Source: the human T2T-CHM13v2.0 reference genome, Homo sapiens
Strand: one strand, 5' to 3'
Assembly (NCBI RefSeq): GCF_009914755.1
Contig: NC_060925.1
Length of the DNA: 64,000 nucleotides
Shown here: positions 13,549-35,334 of the stretch, piece by piece
How positions within the stretch are numbered: the stretch's first letter is position 1
Layout: each line of letters begins with the position of its first letter
Notes under the pieces: generated by a model
Told to the model about the DNA's origin: nothing
The model's database searches: none
What the model saw: only the letters and a program-made list of their open reading frames with translations
Position numbers and translations under genes: made by a program

Positions 13549-14781
13549 TGTAATAAGGCAAAATTTGAAAATTAGTAAAATGGTTTTCTTTCTTGCCTCT
13601 TTGAATATGAGGAGTTTGCCTGTTCAGCCTCAGGTGTCTGTACGCCCAAAGGCTGAATGCCTTAAAATAATATTTTTCTGTTTTCCTTGTTTCCAACTTT
13701 TAACATTTCATGAGTTGAGTCTGGAGCACCTAGCACACAAAGCTGTCCTGTGATAGAGAAGACACTTTCCATGTATTACCATAAGGCTTTTACTAGATGA
13801 TAGAAGGATGAGGATATGACATAGGGGAAGTAAAGAGAAGCATGGAGGTTTTGTTTGTCTGTTTGTTTTGGCTCCAGGAGAATGTGGGAAGGCAAAGGAG
13901 GAGAGAGAGACATATTTTCCTTTTTCTGAGTTTTGTCAGAGAGAGATCTTTTTTGCAATTACTCATTTGGAATTTGAAAGGTATCTTTTGTAGATATCAC
14001 CTGGTGGGTAGCCCTGTCAATATGGTTACTCAACAACAAAGTCAAAATGAGGAAGACCATATGGTTAAATTTTCCTGAGCTACTCTTCGATTCCTATATG
14101 ATGTAGATGGCAACTCAGAAACAGCTGGGAAGTTTGTGGCAGGGACAGGGTGATCACTACTCTAGGAATATATAGCTCTACAATAAGGGCTGGAGAGCAG
14201 GTTTCCTTGGCTAGTACTGAATAAGGACCACAACAGACCTCAGAGACATCTATAGAAATTAGTGGGACCTGATGTGAGACCAGTTCAGCAAGGGAACCCT
14301 CTTCTCCAAAAAAAAAAAAAAGAAAAAAAAAAAGACAAAGAAAAAAATGAAAATTACTAGATGTAAACATCATCAGCAGAAACCATCAGGGTAGGCGGTG
14401 AGGGAAGATTACCCTGTCCCAATTAGCACAAATAACACCTGCATCAATATCCAAGGCATCCTCATCCTTGCAATCACAAGACACACAGACTCAATGTTGG
14501 AAAGGAGTAAAAGAGAGAGGTCAAGGACTGATACACTTGAGAGACTAAGCATCTTGATAGTCTGAGCACCTGAAGAAACTACTACTTTATATGATTAGAT
14601 TAAGTTTAAGCATTCAACTGAGTCAGATTTTAAATTTTCTCTTTGCCTGCTGCCATCCCCCGCAACCCCAATGCATTCCACTAATCAGTAAGTAGGAGCT
14701 TGTGAGGAAAACCAGATGAGCCAGAAATAAAGAAGTTACATATTTGCACATCTGTAAGTACAAATTTGTTGCTCTGTTACA
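13549..14781 (+). mobile_element. Probable ancient solo LTR (~1.2 kb; LTR78/79-like, tentative) splitting an L2
   Basis: TGTAA...TTACA ends, AATAAA near the right end; L2-like sequence resumes across it. Confidence 0.45.
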
Positions 14782-15461
14782 CATTTAATGGCATGATTAT
14801 CCACTCAGTTGCTCAGGCTAAAATCTAGGGTTTATTATTTATTACTTTATCCCATCTTCTCAACATCTAAACCAGGAGCAAATTCAGTTAGCTATGCCTC
14901 TAAAATATGTCTTGAATCTGATCATTATTCACTATCACTGTGTTTTCTCATTCCAAGCCACCAACATTTTTCATCTAGACTACTGCCAAAGCTTTATAAG
15001 TGGTTTGGTCCACTTTTAACCCCATAGCTCACTTCTTCACAATAGCCCAAATAATCACTAACAATTTTAATCATACCCTTCTGCCTGTTCAAAACCTTCC
15101 AAATGACTGTCCATTGCAATGAGAATAATCACCAAACCTCTTATCATGGTCTATAATTCCCTATGATCTGGCTCCTACCATTTCTCTGACATCATGTTTT
15201 CCAATTATTTACTATAATCTAGATACAGGGCTCTTTTTCATTTTTTTCTTTTCTTTTTAAAACCCCTTCTGCCTTAGGGCCTTTGCGTTAGATATTCCCT
15301 CTATTTAGAAATCTCTTTTCCTCAGATAATCACATAGGTGGCTTTCTCTATGCTTAGGTGCCTGGCTCAATGCAGCCTCAGGTAGTACTTCTGTGACCAC
15401 CCTAAATAGGTAACCCCTTTACCTGGTCACTCCACATCCCAATAACATATTTTCTCCTTAT

Positions 15462-15632
15462 TTTCTCCCTCCTTCCTTCCTTCCTTCTTTCCTTCCTTCC
15501 TTCCTTCCTTCCTTCCTTCCTTCCTTCCTTCCTTCCTTCCTTCCTTCCTTCCCTCCGTCCTTCTTCCCTCCCTCCGTCCCTGCTTCCCTTCTTTCCTTCT
15601 TTCCCTTTCCTTTCCTTCTTTTCTTTTCTTTT
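15462..15632. repeat. (CCTT)n polypyrimidine microsatellite at Alu tail
   Basis: Seen directly; produces the spurious GRKE-repeat ORFs. Confidence 0.95.
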
Positions 15633-15905
15633 CGGACGGTCTTGCTTTGTCACCTACGCTGGAGTGCAGTGGCATGATCATGGCTCACTGCAGCCCCGAC
15701 CTTCCAGCAATCTCAAGCAGATCCTCCCACCCAAGTAGCTGGGACCACAGGTGTAAGCCACCACACCCAGCAAATTTTACAAAATTTTTGGTAGCGATGG
15801 GGGTTCTTTATGTTGCCCAGGCTGGTCTTGAACTCCACGGCCCAAGTGGTCCTCCCGTCTCAGCCTCCCAAATGCTGGGATTATAGGCATGAATCACTGC
15901 ACTCA
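15633..15905 (-). mobile_element. AluJ-type SINE
   Basis: Diverged dimer with atcatggctcactgcagcc (J-type). Confidence 0.85.
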
Positions 15906-16719
15906 ATCTTTATTTCCTTCACAGCACTTATCACTACCAGAATTATCACTCATGTTGAAATTGTCTTCCCACATTAGAATACAAATTCCTACAAATTTCA
16001 TGACAGCATGAACCTTGTCTGTTTTGTTCACTGCTGTAACATTAACATTCATAACTGTGCCTGGCTTAATAAATATTTAATGAATGAATAAATGAATGAC
16101 AGAATGTATGCCCAAAATTGAAAATAATTAGCCCTAATCAGACAGTAAGGTAGTCTATTAGGTATTCACTTGTAAGAAAATAACATTTTAAAGAACATGC
16201 ATTAAATGTTGAAAGTAAAACCAAAGTTTATGAGTAAAAGGCAAAGTAGAGTGAGAGATTTTCATAATATTTTTTAGCTTCTAGGGAACAGAACATATGA
16301 ATCTATTAGGAATTTTTTGCACAGTAAACTTCTGCACATATTTAAAGAACCCATTATATGTGAGAAAAGGGGTTGCGTTATTCTATATTGTATTTTCTTG
16401 TTATTATAATCAGAAAGGTCCCCCCTGGTTATTTGTTCAGTATTTTTCTCTTCAAGGATATGTTGTTGTTATATTTTTTTTAGGAGGAAGTGTAAATTTC
16501 CACTGCTAGTAGGCTGGTTTATTTTAGTGCTTTTCCTGAAATGTGTAAGTAATATTTTGCTCCAAAATGTTGGCTTTTAAAAGTTAACATTGCCCACTGC
16601 AACCCATTTGTGTATCTAGAGGTTTGCAGGGCATATAGGAAAAATAGCAACTTTTTTTTACAATGTACATGTTAAAATGGATTTATTCAATAATTACAGA
16701 AAGAAGAATGCTATTTTTT

Positions 16720-16830
16720 TGGTGTGTGCCTATAGTCCCAGCTATTTGGGAGGCTGAGGCAGGAGAATTCCTTGGGTCCAGGAGTTTAAGTCCAGCCTGG
16801 GCAACATAGCAAGACCGCATCTCTTTAAAA
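16720..16830 (+). mobile_element. Alu monomer fragment (FLAM/FRAM)
   Basis: TSD aatgctatttt on both sides. Confidence 0.8.
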
Positions 16831-16994
16831 ATGCTATTTTATACAATTTATATATGTCATTTATCTATGTCATGTTGATTGAGAATAGTCAGCTTGGTGT
16901 TGCTTACTAATAAAATAGAGGAACCAGTTGGGATTCCCTATTTTAGACTTTGTGAAAGTAGCTATTTTGTCTCAGAAGTATCACATCATATCTA

Positions 16995-18545
<1,551 letters not shown>

Positions 18546-18639
18546 CGTATGATGTGCTTTTCTAAGTGAAATTTATTTTGTTCTTTTCCTGTAATTCGTT
18601 TCATTTCTTGAGATAGCCAATAACACTAACCACACTTTG

Positions 18640-19190
18640 AATAAAACCCAAATTTCTTATCATAGCTTAAAAAGTCCTTCATGATCTACTTCCTACCTAT
18701 TTCTTCAAGCTCATCTCAAACAACTTTTCACTATTTATTATGCTGCAGCTGTAATACCCTTTTAGTTTTCTAAAAATACTCAGCTCATTCTCACCTCTAT
18801 ATCTTGGCCATTGCTGCTTCATCTATCTTGAAGGATCTTCCCACAGTTCTTTGCTTGATGGGTTCCTTTTTACTCTCCATGTCTCAATGTAATTGTCCCC
18901 TATTCAGAGAAGCCTTCTCTCACTACCCTAGCTGATATATGTTCTCTATCTTTAACTAGTTGGCTTTTCTACCCATAATCAGTTATTCTCTTTCATTAGT
19001 ATGTTTATTTCCATTATTGCATTATCACAATCTGCAGTGATCTTTTAATCTTTCAGTCTTCTTCATTAGATTATAACATTTGAGGATCAGGAAACTTGGT
19101 AGTCTTGTTCCCCACTGTATCCCTAATGTTTAGCAGAGTTCTTGGCTCATAGAAGGTACTCAAAAACTTCATCGAATTCACAAATGAACA
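18640..19190 (+). mobile_element. L2 3' fragment
   Basis: cattagattataac...cactgtatccctaatg...ggctcatagaaggtactcaa. Confidence 0.6.
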
Positions 19191-19711
19191 CAAATATTTT
19201 ATAGAATCACAGTCTGTAAGGCTGAATAAAAGTTTAGAAAATCTAAGATAATGAATTTTTTTAAAGCCTTAGAACCTTTACTTCCAAAGAAAATCTGTTA
19301 AAAATCTATGTTAAAAAGACATACAAGGACCATTCCTGACTGATACAGGAATAGAAAAAATGGGGCCCTGCTAACTTAGCATCCCTCCTGACACAATCAT
19401 CTTGGGAAGTTCTGCATAGCTCCAACCCGTTTGTTTTGTGTCATGTGTGAACATATAAATCAAAGAATGACTCACTCAACAATGTACAGCTCTTTAGTGG
19501 GAGATGAGGGACACAGTGGTCAGTGCAGGGCTTGCTATTTGTGTTGCTTTATGATGAAACTGTTCAGAATAAACAAGCCTAACACCAGAGTCACAGAAAC
19601 CATTCAGATGATAAAGAGTTAGATAATCATTTACTCCATAATGCCACTTAATGCTGACCCTAAATTCCCAACTGATTGTTTCCAAGGAAACTATGTTAGA
19701 AACAAGAAACA

Positions 19712-21450
<1,739 letters not shown>

Positions 21451-22772
21451 AGAAACAAGAAACATATATCTTATCATTCTTTTCTAACTATTGATAATCT
21501 TCTCATCTTTATGACTTCACTTTTAAGATCTTATTTAAAAAACTTATTGGAGAAGGTCACTTTATTTCATTTTATCTTCCCTTAAGATATTTACCTCTAC
21601 CTAATATCATACCACCTTAAACAGATAGTAAAAACCACATTTCAATAAATCCAACCAAATTTTGTCCTAAACATATAAAACAGGACAATTTCATTTTAAT
21701 ACATCCAACTTTGGAGTTTATAGTTGCAAATCTGTTCAGATCTTAGATAACACAGTGGTAGATTTTTTAGCATAGATAACAGACCGTAAGTCAGGCAGAT
21801 GTTTCCTTTCAGATGCTTCCCAATTCTTTTCTCATGCAGAGTTATGCATTTAGGCAACTGAACATTTTAGCACAAGATTCAAGCATAAAATATACAATTT
21901 TTTTTTCTGTTTAAAGAAATCTAACTCCTGGATTTGGAATTCATTACTGATGCTTCCCTTGCTTTATTTTTCAATCCAGATCTCATTCTGCAGTCCTCTA
22001 GGAAGTAAGGAGATCTTTTCTTTTCTTGAAAAAAAAAAGTTTTATTTCTTTCTCTCACTCTCTTTCTTATTTATTTTGTAGGAATCCAAGGTAGCATCTT
22101 TGTGACACTGTCTAAGGAAGAATTTTTAAAGTGCAAAAATAAATCCAGCATTAGGGTGCCTGATTAAGCAATAGTTCCTTGGATTGCAAAATTCTTTTGA
22201 AAAAATATGCCATGGTATTTTTATTGAGTTTACAAGCTGAAAGCCATTTAAAATTCCAAGGAGAACAACAAAAAGAATAAAAAAACACACATGTGGTGTT
22301 ACTAAAAAAAGGCACCAAAGATGTGTACTAGGCATGATTTTTCCTGGGAAAAATTATGAAGCAGATGAAATCTGTGTTTATCATTTTTCCATGCCTTGTT
22401 TTGAGTCCCATTTCCATCTCTGCTCTACTCGTCACCAGCTGTCATACTGTATCATTCCTCTTTGGGATTCCTTGCTGTGGTATTCTACGGTATATGTTTA
22501 GACTTTCCCTTTTCTTAATTCTGTTTTTTCCCTCTCTACAAACTCTTAGGATTCTGCTAGAGAACTATGCTAGTTGATTTTTTAAATATACATACTAAAG
22601 TATGAATAACTGTTGGTGGTTTTTTAACCTGAAAACAAATTTGACAAGAATGATCAGGAAGATAATCACACTTTCTTGGCATTTGTTACTTGGCTTCTCT
22701 GTGGGTCCAGGCCTGACACTAATGGAAGAGGGATGAGTCCTCTAACAAAGATGAAAATTATTAAGAACTCTA

Positions 22773-23138
<366 letters not shown>

Positions 23139-23359
23139 TTATTAATAATTTCTTTAGTGATTATTCTTTAGTAAATAAATAAAGCAGTGCCATCTGCTAT
23201 ATTATCTTGTACAAATCTCTTAGCTTTTTCTAAGTTTTTTCCCAGTTGTAAAATAGGGAATAATAACATCTATAGGTTATTGGGAGGATTCTATGACAGT
23301 ATATAAGTGAAATTATATTGTTTAATGTTTGGACTAATGATGTTTAAGATAATTTTGGG

Positions 23360-23809
<450 letters not shown>

Positions 23810-24600
23810 TCAAAAATAATCTGATACTTTTGGTTTATCTTCATTCTTCAAATGTTACTTTGAAATATGCTATTATTTGGGGGTAGATGTGTTATAATAT
23901 TATTTTAATTGCTGCTAAAGGAATTATAGTCATTGATAAAAATGAATGGTAAGACAGCTAGTTTGTGTTTCATTTAAGATATTTGTTGTTTTCTTCCAGA
24001 TAGAGCTTTCCTCTTAGTCCTGCAAACCTAATTGAGCTGATTGGGGCAGGGCGCATTCAATGATCTGCAGGTTAGAAACCAGAGGAAAAGAGAAGGACAG
24101 AAAAAAAAGCTGAAAATTATAAACACTGTAAACCACTACTTTGTCTTCCAGCCTGCCTGCATGATCAGTTTACTCATAATTAGTTCCTCAGTCTTTACTG
24201 AGCCCCAATGTGGAAATACTGGAGCACAGAAGCACTGTGGTTTATGGGAAGGAGTAAAGACAGAGCATCTGGTTTTGAAGAGCTATGTTTTCTCTTGGGG
24301 AAGAGACCCACATGCTTAAATGCTGCAATCTTTAAAAGGCAGAATAAAACTGCCAGAGTACAGAAGAAAGAGAAACCATTTTCTGGTAGGGTCAAAAGGG
24401 ATGACTCCCAAGATAGGACAATACCTCCAAAGGCATGAGCATTTACAGAAGTAAAGACAATAACTTTGAGGAGAACCCACGTTTAAAGATATGAGACAAG
24501 AAAAAGGGAACAGTAAAATGAAACAATAGAATGACCAGATAGGCTGTATCTGGAAGACTATAATAAATATAAATTAAGCATCTAAGCAAAAAAGATGCTA

Positions 24601-24904
24601 TTTTCTCTCTCTCAGTCTGTCTCTCTCTCTCTTTTTGAGATGGAGTCTCACTCTGTCTCCCAGGCTGGAGTGCAGTGACACGATCTTGGCTCACTGTAAC
24701 CTCTGCCTCCTGGGTTCAAGCGATTCTCCTGCCTCAGCCTCCTGAGTAGCTGGGATTACAAGCACGCACCATGGTGCCCAGCTAATTTTTGTATTTTTGG
24801 TGGAGGAGGGGTTTCACCATGTTGGCCAGGCTGGTCTCTAACTCCTGACCTCAGGTGATCCACCCACTTCGGCTTCCCAAAGTGCTGGGATTACAGGCCT
24901 GGCC
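24601..24904 (-). mobile_element. AluSx-type SINE with (CT)n tail
   Basis: Alu dimer, slightly 5'-deleted. Confidence 0.9.
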
Positions 24905-25392
24905 ATTACTCTTATTATTTATTCACATCTTCCACTTGTCTTGAGGTGAGAGAATTTGTTCAAAATGATGTTTAGAACTTCCTTTGAAGTAATAACAAAA
25001 TTCAGGATCAGATCTGATAGCTCATATTATGCTTGCAAAGAATTTCTTGTTTCATCCTGGAGCTGCGATATTACTCTACAACAATAATGTCAGTTATAGG
25101 AATAAAGATCCAAAATATTTAATCAAACTCAGTTTGAGACAACATAAAACATTCCTTTATAAATGCTTTATGACAGAAGTTACATGGCTTATGGAAAAAG
25201 TATCTTTCCTCTTTGGATCTTAGGAGGGCTGATAATCAGTCCTTGACTTTTCCTTCTCTCAAGCCACAGTTTCACATATACAATTATCCACTGGATATAT
25301 AAGGAGGTCAGAGTGTGTGTAGGTTTGTGCATGTGTACACATACAGGCAGTGAATTCACTTAGTATTTGAAAGTGAACCCAGCAGTACTTAC

Positions 25393-25500
25393 CGGAAGGC
25401 CTGTTTGGCCTGATCTACCCAAGGGTCCTATAATTCCTGGTAAGCCCATCTCTCCTTTTTCTCCATCCTCTCCAGGAAGTCCCCTTCCTCCTGGTACTCC
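25393..25500 (-). CDS. COL24A1: Collagen exon, 108 bp, GVPGGRGLPGEDGEKGEMGLPGIIGPLGRSGQTGLP
   Basis: gcgttacag acceptor, CCG/gtaagt donor; visible in ORF 25360..25587. Confidence 0.95.
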
Positions 25501-25655
25501 CTGTAACGCAATAAAAAAGTTTTCTATAAAGGAATACAGTGAAATAATTATGCCAATAATAAACAGGTTTTTGTCACACAAAAACAATGATGTCTAATAT
25601 TTTAAAGATTTTACAAAACATCTATTTTATATATAATCTTAAAAGTATAATTTAC

Positions 25656-25709
25656 CTTTAACCCATCTTTTCCCTGGAGACCTTCTTCTCCAGGAGCTCC
25701 TGGTTCACC
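25656..25709 (-). CDS. COL24A1: Collagen exon, 54 bp, GEPGAPGEEGLQGKDGLK
   Basis: ctacaaaatag acceptor, AAG/gtaaat donor. Confidence 0.95.
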
Positions 25710-26191
25710 CTATTTTGTAGCAGAAAGAGTATGATTGAGTTTTTTTTTGCTATATCATTTATCTTATTTTATTTTTAGCCCATAGTATATATGGAAAATA
25801 GCAAATTTGTGTTCACTTATTTCTACTACTTTATTTCTAAAGAGGATTTGACAGTAAAATGAGAACGATTTAATTTGCCTTGAATAGCTCTGAAGATGAT
25901 TTCATGATTCAGAGTGTCATAAATTCAAATATAAGATGATCCCAGAATATTAATAAATTTTAGATAATTAAAGTAATATATATCCATTTGGTAGCTCTAG
26001 AATTTTACATAGCTAGACTTGTGTTTCTGAGTTCAAGAAATGTAAATACTGCATCTCATAAAGTTATAGTGCTTTGCTATATTGTATTTACATGGGTTAA
26101 TAAAACTTGATTCAGTTATGACCACTCTACCAGATTTTTAGAGTTTCCATATTTTCTCCCTTTAAGTAGAGAGGTAAAGATTAAGGCTCTG

Positions 26192-30713
<4,522 letters not shown>

Positions 30714-31526
30714 AAAGACTAAGGCTCCGGTACATTAATTAGTTGTCTTTTAGATATGGAACTTGCAGAAATGTAGAGCCATACTTTATGAAGCTATTAA
30801 AGTAGGACTGGCTCTCTTGATACTAAAATTATTTAAAAGTAAATTAATTAGTGCATATTTATAGTTTCTCCATCTTTCCCATTCACCCCACCCCACCCAA
30901 AAAAGAGAAAGTAAAAAGGAAGAAGCCAGATGCAAAATATATCTCCCTACTTTGCCTTTTAGTGAATAAATGTCTGTTAAAATTATCTTGGGCCCTATTA
31001 TCTTAAGAAAAAACTCCTTACCACAGCTCAAAATAAAGGCTGTCTATATTAGCATAACGTCTCAAAGCTATCTAATTGCAACAATTTACAATTATGTCCT
31101 TGCATCTTGTTAACTTTGCATGATCATAGGTTTGGTTTTTTTTTAGAGCAAGTTAAATCTATAAATTAGATTTCAATCTTGTTAGGTCAGGAACTATTCT
31201 GAGAGTTGTTCACTGGTATTTGTGAATTTCTTCTTAATGCTAACATTAGTGACAATCACAGTGACTCCACATTTTTGGTAAGGGTTCTGCAAAGTATACC
31301 TGATTTTGAGAAAAGGACATATGAGGTTAAGACTGTAAATACTACTAAATTAGAATAGGGACAAGGTTTGGGATGCAGCTTTTGAAATTATGAAATGAAA
31401 CCAAACATTTTCTATAATGTATCAGAAAGGTTTATTATCCAATTTTTTGAGTGTTTCGAATAATAAGTTTTGAGCCTCTGAAAGAAGTGGGTTAGTGTAT
31501 TAAAAGAGTTTCAAGGGGGCACTCAC

Positions 31527-31580
31527 CCGTAAACCTGGTTCCCCAGTTCCTCCAACACTGCCAGCAGTTCCAACATCTCC
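31527..31580 (-). CDS. COL24A1: Collagen exon, 54 bp, GDVGTAGSVGGTGEPGLR
   Basis: tttgtttcttcag acceptor, CGG/gtgagt donor. Confidence 0.95.
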
Positions 31581-31656
31581 CTGAAGAAACAAAGGGAAAG
31601 ATTAAACTCTTTTCTACTAAGACTGCATGGCTAATTATGGAGGGCATGCCATACGG

Positions 31657-32000
31657 CACAGTTCCCCAACGCCTGGGCCGTAGAGGGTACCTGTCCAAGG
31701 CCTGTTAGGAAATGGGCCGCAAAACAGCAGGTGAGCAGCTGGTGAGCCAGCATTACTGTCTGAGCTCCACCTCCTGTCAGATCAGTGGCAGCATTAGATT
31801 CTCATAGAAACACGAACCCTATTGTCAACTGTGCATTCGAGGGATCTGGGTTGCTCAGTCCTTATGAGAATCTAATGCTTGATGATCTGAGGTAGGACAG
31901 TTTCATCCTGAAACCATCCCCTGCTCTGCTTCCATCTGTGGAAAAACTGTCTTCCATGAAACTTGTCCCTGGTGCCAGCCAAATAGGTCGGGGACTGCTG
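31657..32000. mobile_element. MER1B-like hAT-Charlie DNA transposon
   Basis: TIRs (cacagttcccc / ggggactgctg); 8-bp TA-centred TSD ccatacgg/tcataagg. Confidence 0.85.
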
Positions 32001-32154
32001 TCATAAGGAATAGGAGTTCCAAAACATTTCCTGTTTTTATCTGGGGGCTTCCACCTGCTTTCAAGTTAGCAAATATAGGGGATTCAGTGGTAGCAAATGT
32101 AGGGGGTTCAATGGTGAAAGTTTAGAGATTCTCCTTTATTTTTTAGAAGGTTAC

Positions 32155-32208
32155 CTTTGCACCTGGTTCACCTTGCAGACCAGACTCTCCCTCAGTGCCT
32201 GGAGGTCC
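32155..32208 (-). CDS. COL24A1: Collagen exon, 54 bp, GPPGTEGESGLQGEPGAK
   Basis: ttctcttgtag acceptor, AAG/gtaacc donor. Confidence 0.95.
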
Positions 32209-32594
32209 CTACAAGAGAATAATTTAACACATTACAAAGGCAATAGCAATCTCATGAGAAGATGGTGGTAACACTGAACTCAAGGGTGAGATACCTGTGT
32301 CCAAAAGGGCATAATTGCTGTCCCTTTATAAACTTCATAGCATAAGAGCAGATTCTTTCTGACACCCTTTAATTGTTTAAATGTCAAGACAACTTCGTCT
32401 AAAATTAGGACTTTTAAGATCCATTTCTTCTAATCCTTTCTCTCATCCTTTAAACCTCATCTAAAGGGATTTGTTCTTCCTTTCCCTTTCTGTAGTGCCT
32501 TCAGGAATCTACTTACTTAAAAAATTCACTTTTCCTTATTGGTTTCATAAAAATATCATGCAAATAAGAGATAAATTTATTCACATTATAAAAG

Positions 32595-32626
<32 letters not shown>

Positions 32627-32869
32627 CTTCTTTTCCAGCCTTCTTTCATGGTGGGTCCATTTTTGTTGGGAAGCTTTCAGTTTTCTTTACTTTGAGAACA
32701 TAGAAGTTCTTGCAACCTCTGGCTATTTCCAGGCCTAAAGTTCCTACTATTGCTTGATGTTACAACTATTTTTGTCTCCAAGAGATATTTACCTTATTTA
32801 TGAACATGCTATGTGTGCCCCTCCCTTCCCTTTAGGGAAGAGAAGAGTTTTATTGGGGACACGGGTGAA

Positions 32870-33580
32870 CAGGTCTGCAGAAATTAAATCATGTAAACCA
32901 TTACTTATCATGTTAAGAAATTGGCATTTTATCCTAAAGGCCATGAGAGCTCTTGAAACATTTAAAGGAAACGAATGATATAAGAATGATAAACCGGCAA
33001 CAAGTAGAAGATGGAATTATAGGAGTTGGAGGAGACATGGCATGAGAGTGTAGGGGCTATTACACTGGCAATAGGGATAAAAAGGAAAGGGTAGATTTAA
33101 GAGAGAATGGGCAGGGGCAGGCCTATTCAAAAGGAAATGGTCACTGATTTGAGAGGATTAGGTAGAAGAAGGAGTCTAGGATGACTCTTAGTTTTGGGTT
33201 ATTGGGTATAAGGGATATCTTTCATTGAGATGGGAATTAAACAGAGGAAGAACAGTGGGACAGTAATGGATTTGGTTTAGATATTTTGAATTGTAGATGT
33301 CTGTGGGATATCTAGGTGGATGTTTAAAAAGATAACAGGAAATCAATAATTGGATCTGAGGAGAGAGGTATAAAATACAGCTACCAAGTTGAGAGCTATC
33401 AGAGTAATATTGGTACTTAAAGTCACTGTGATAATATGATCACTAAGCCAAGGAAGTAAAAGGGCAACTTCAGGTCAAGACTGAGAAAGGCTAATGAGAA
33501 GGTGAAGTGACAACAGGAGAGAGCAGTTTCACAGCAGCCAAGGAAGGAAAGAATTTGATTTATTTAGTGCTAAAGTTACA
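32870..33580 (-). mobile_element. L2 fragment
   Basis: ggagtctaggatgactc, tgggatatctaggtggatg antisense L2 motifs. Confidence 0.6.
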
Positions 33581-33977
33581 AACAATGGAAATAAAATAAT
33601 TGGATATTTATAACAAATTTGGCTTATAATTCCAAAATATATCCCAAATTGGGTAATGTCTCAGTATTCTTCTATACAGGGCATATAATATCTTAGGATG
33701 AAAGGTTATCAAGTCAACTTTAAATCAGTGAAGGGAAAGCTCTATCTACTTTTTGTTCTGTCATTTCAATGAGGTAATTATTAGAGTAGAACTTTATATG
33801 TATAAAATTAGACATATAATAATCATCTCTGCTTTTAATGGAATTTTAGTTTTTTTCTGAATATGAAACAATACTATAGAATTATTCCTCATAGTATATA
33901 TTTAATTATTAATTTTACCTTAGAGTCTTACAAAAAGTAGAATATTTATGAAGAAGAACTAGCCACAAAAAATTTAC

Positions 33978-34031
33978 CTCCATGCCCATTTCTCCAGGAG
34001 GTCCAACATCACCTTGCAGTCCTCGCAGTCC
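33978..34031 (-). CDS. COL24A1: Collagen exon, 54 bp, GLRGLQGDVGPPGEMGME
   Basis: ttttaatatag acceptor, GAG/gtaaat donor. Confidence 0.95.
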
Positions 34032-34221
34032 CTATATTAAAATAAAATTTAAGATATGAGAATAAAAGTTTACTCTATGTCAGTAAATGTATTCATCTGG
34101 ATATGGGTTTTATAATATAACACATAACACATGATTATGTAAATACATAATACATTTATCAGCATATTACTTTACTCTGTATAAACAAAATTATATCTTT
34201 AATTGATTCATGTATGTGTGT

Positions 34222-34531
<310 letters not shown>

Positions 34532-34990
34532 TAAAATAAATTTACTAAGCTATGCTTATATTAAAAAGAAAAGAGTGGCATTCATTCTTTTATTCTTTAA
34601 TGCACTCATTCATTCAACATTTATTAAGCACCTCATAAGTATCATATATTGTGCTAAGCATTTTGACAAGGTATCTTATCTAATGTATGTGATAGTCATT
34701 CATCTACTTAAAATTCCTAGCAAATATGTGACAAACAAATTTGCATCTTAAAGAAGTAAATATATGATCTTTTTTTTTACTGACTGTACAGTTTTACCCC
34801 TCAAGAGTGTCATATAGTTGGAATCATACAGCATGTAACCTTTTCATACTGACTTCTTTAACTTAGCAGTATGCATTTAAAGTTCCTTTATACATTTTTG
34901 TGGCTTGATAGCTCATTTATTTTTAATGCTGAATAATATTCCATTGTATGGATATACCACAGTTTGTTTATCCATTTATTCATTGGACAT

Positions 34991-35334
34991 TGTTTTAGTT
35001 CACTCAGGATTCTATAACAAAATAGTATAAATTAATAGCTTATAAACCACACAAATTTATTTCCCACAGTTCTGGAGGCTGGAAAGTCCAAGATCAAGGT
35101 GCTGGCAGATTCAGTGTCTGGTGAAGGCCCACTTGCTGCTTCATAGATGGTGCCTTCTAGTTGTGTCCTCACATGTTAGAAGAAATGAGCTAGCTCTCTC
35201 GTGCATCTTTTACAAAGACACTACTCCCAATCATGAGGGCACAGCACCTCAAAGATCCTGCCCTATAATACCATTACCTTGGGAATTGGGATTTCAACAT
35301 ATGAATTTTGGGGAAACACGGTCCAATTATAGCA
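34991..35334. mobile_element. MaLR solo LTR (MLT1A-like)
   Basis: TG...CA ends, 5-bp TSD gacat, cacagttctggaggctggaaagtccaagatcaagg motif. Confidence 0.88.

Larger units (their letters stand above)
14785..16100 (+). mobile_element. L2 LINE 3' portion (interrupted by Alu)
   Basis: ccactcagttgctcagg motif; terminal gtgcctggc...aataaatattt...(tgaa)n. Confidence 0.75.

Noticed and set aside
15402-15681. GRKE/RKEG repeat proteins
   Set aside because: Translation of the (CCTT)n microsatellite
25367-25597. Pro-rich plus-strand ORF
   Set aside because: Antisense reading of Gly codons of the 108-bp collagen exon
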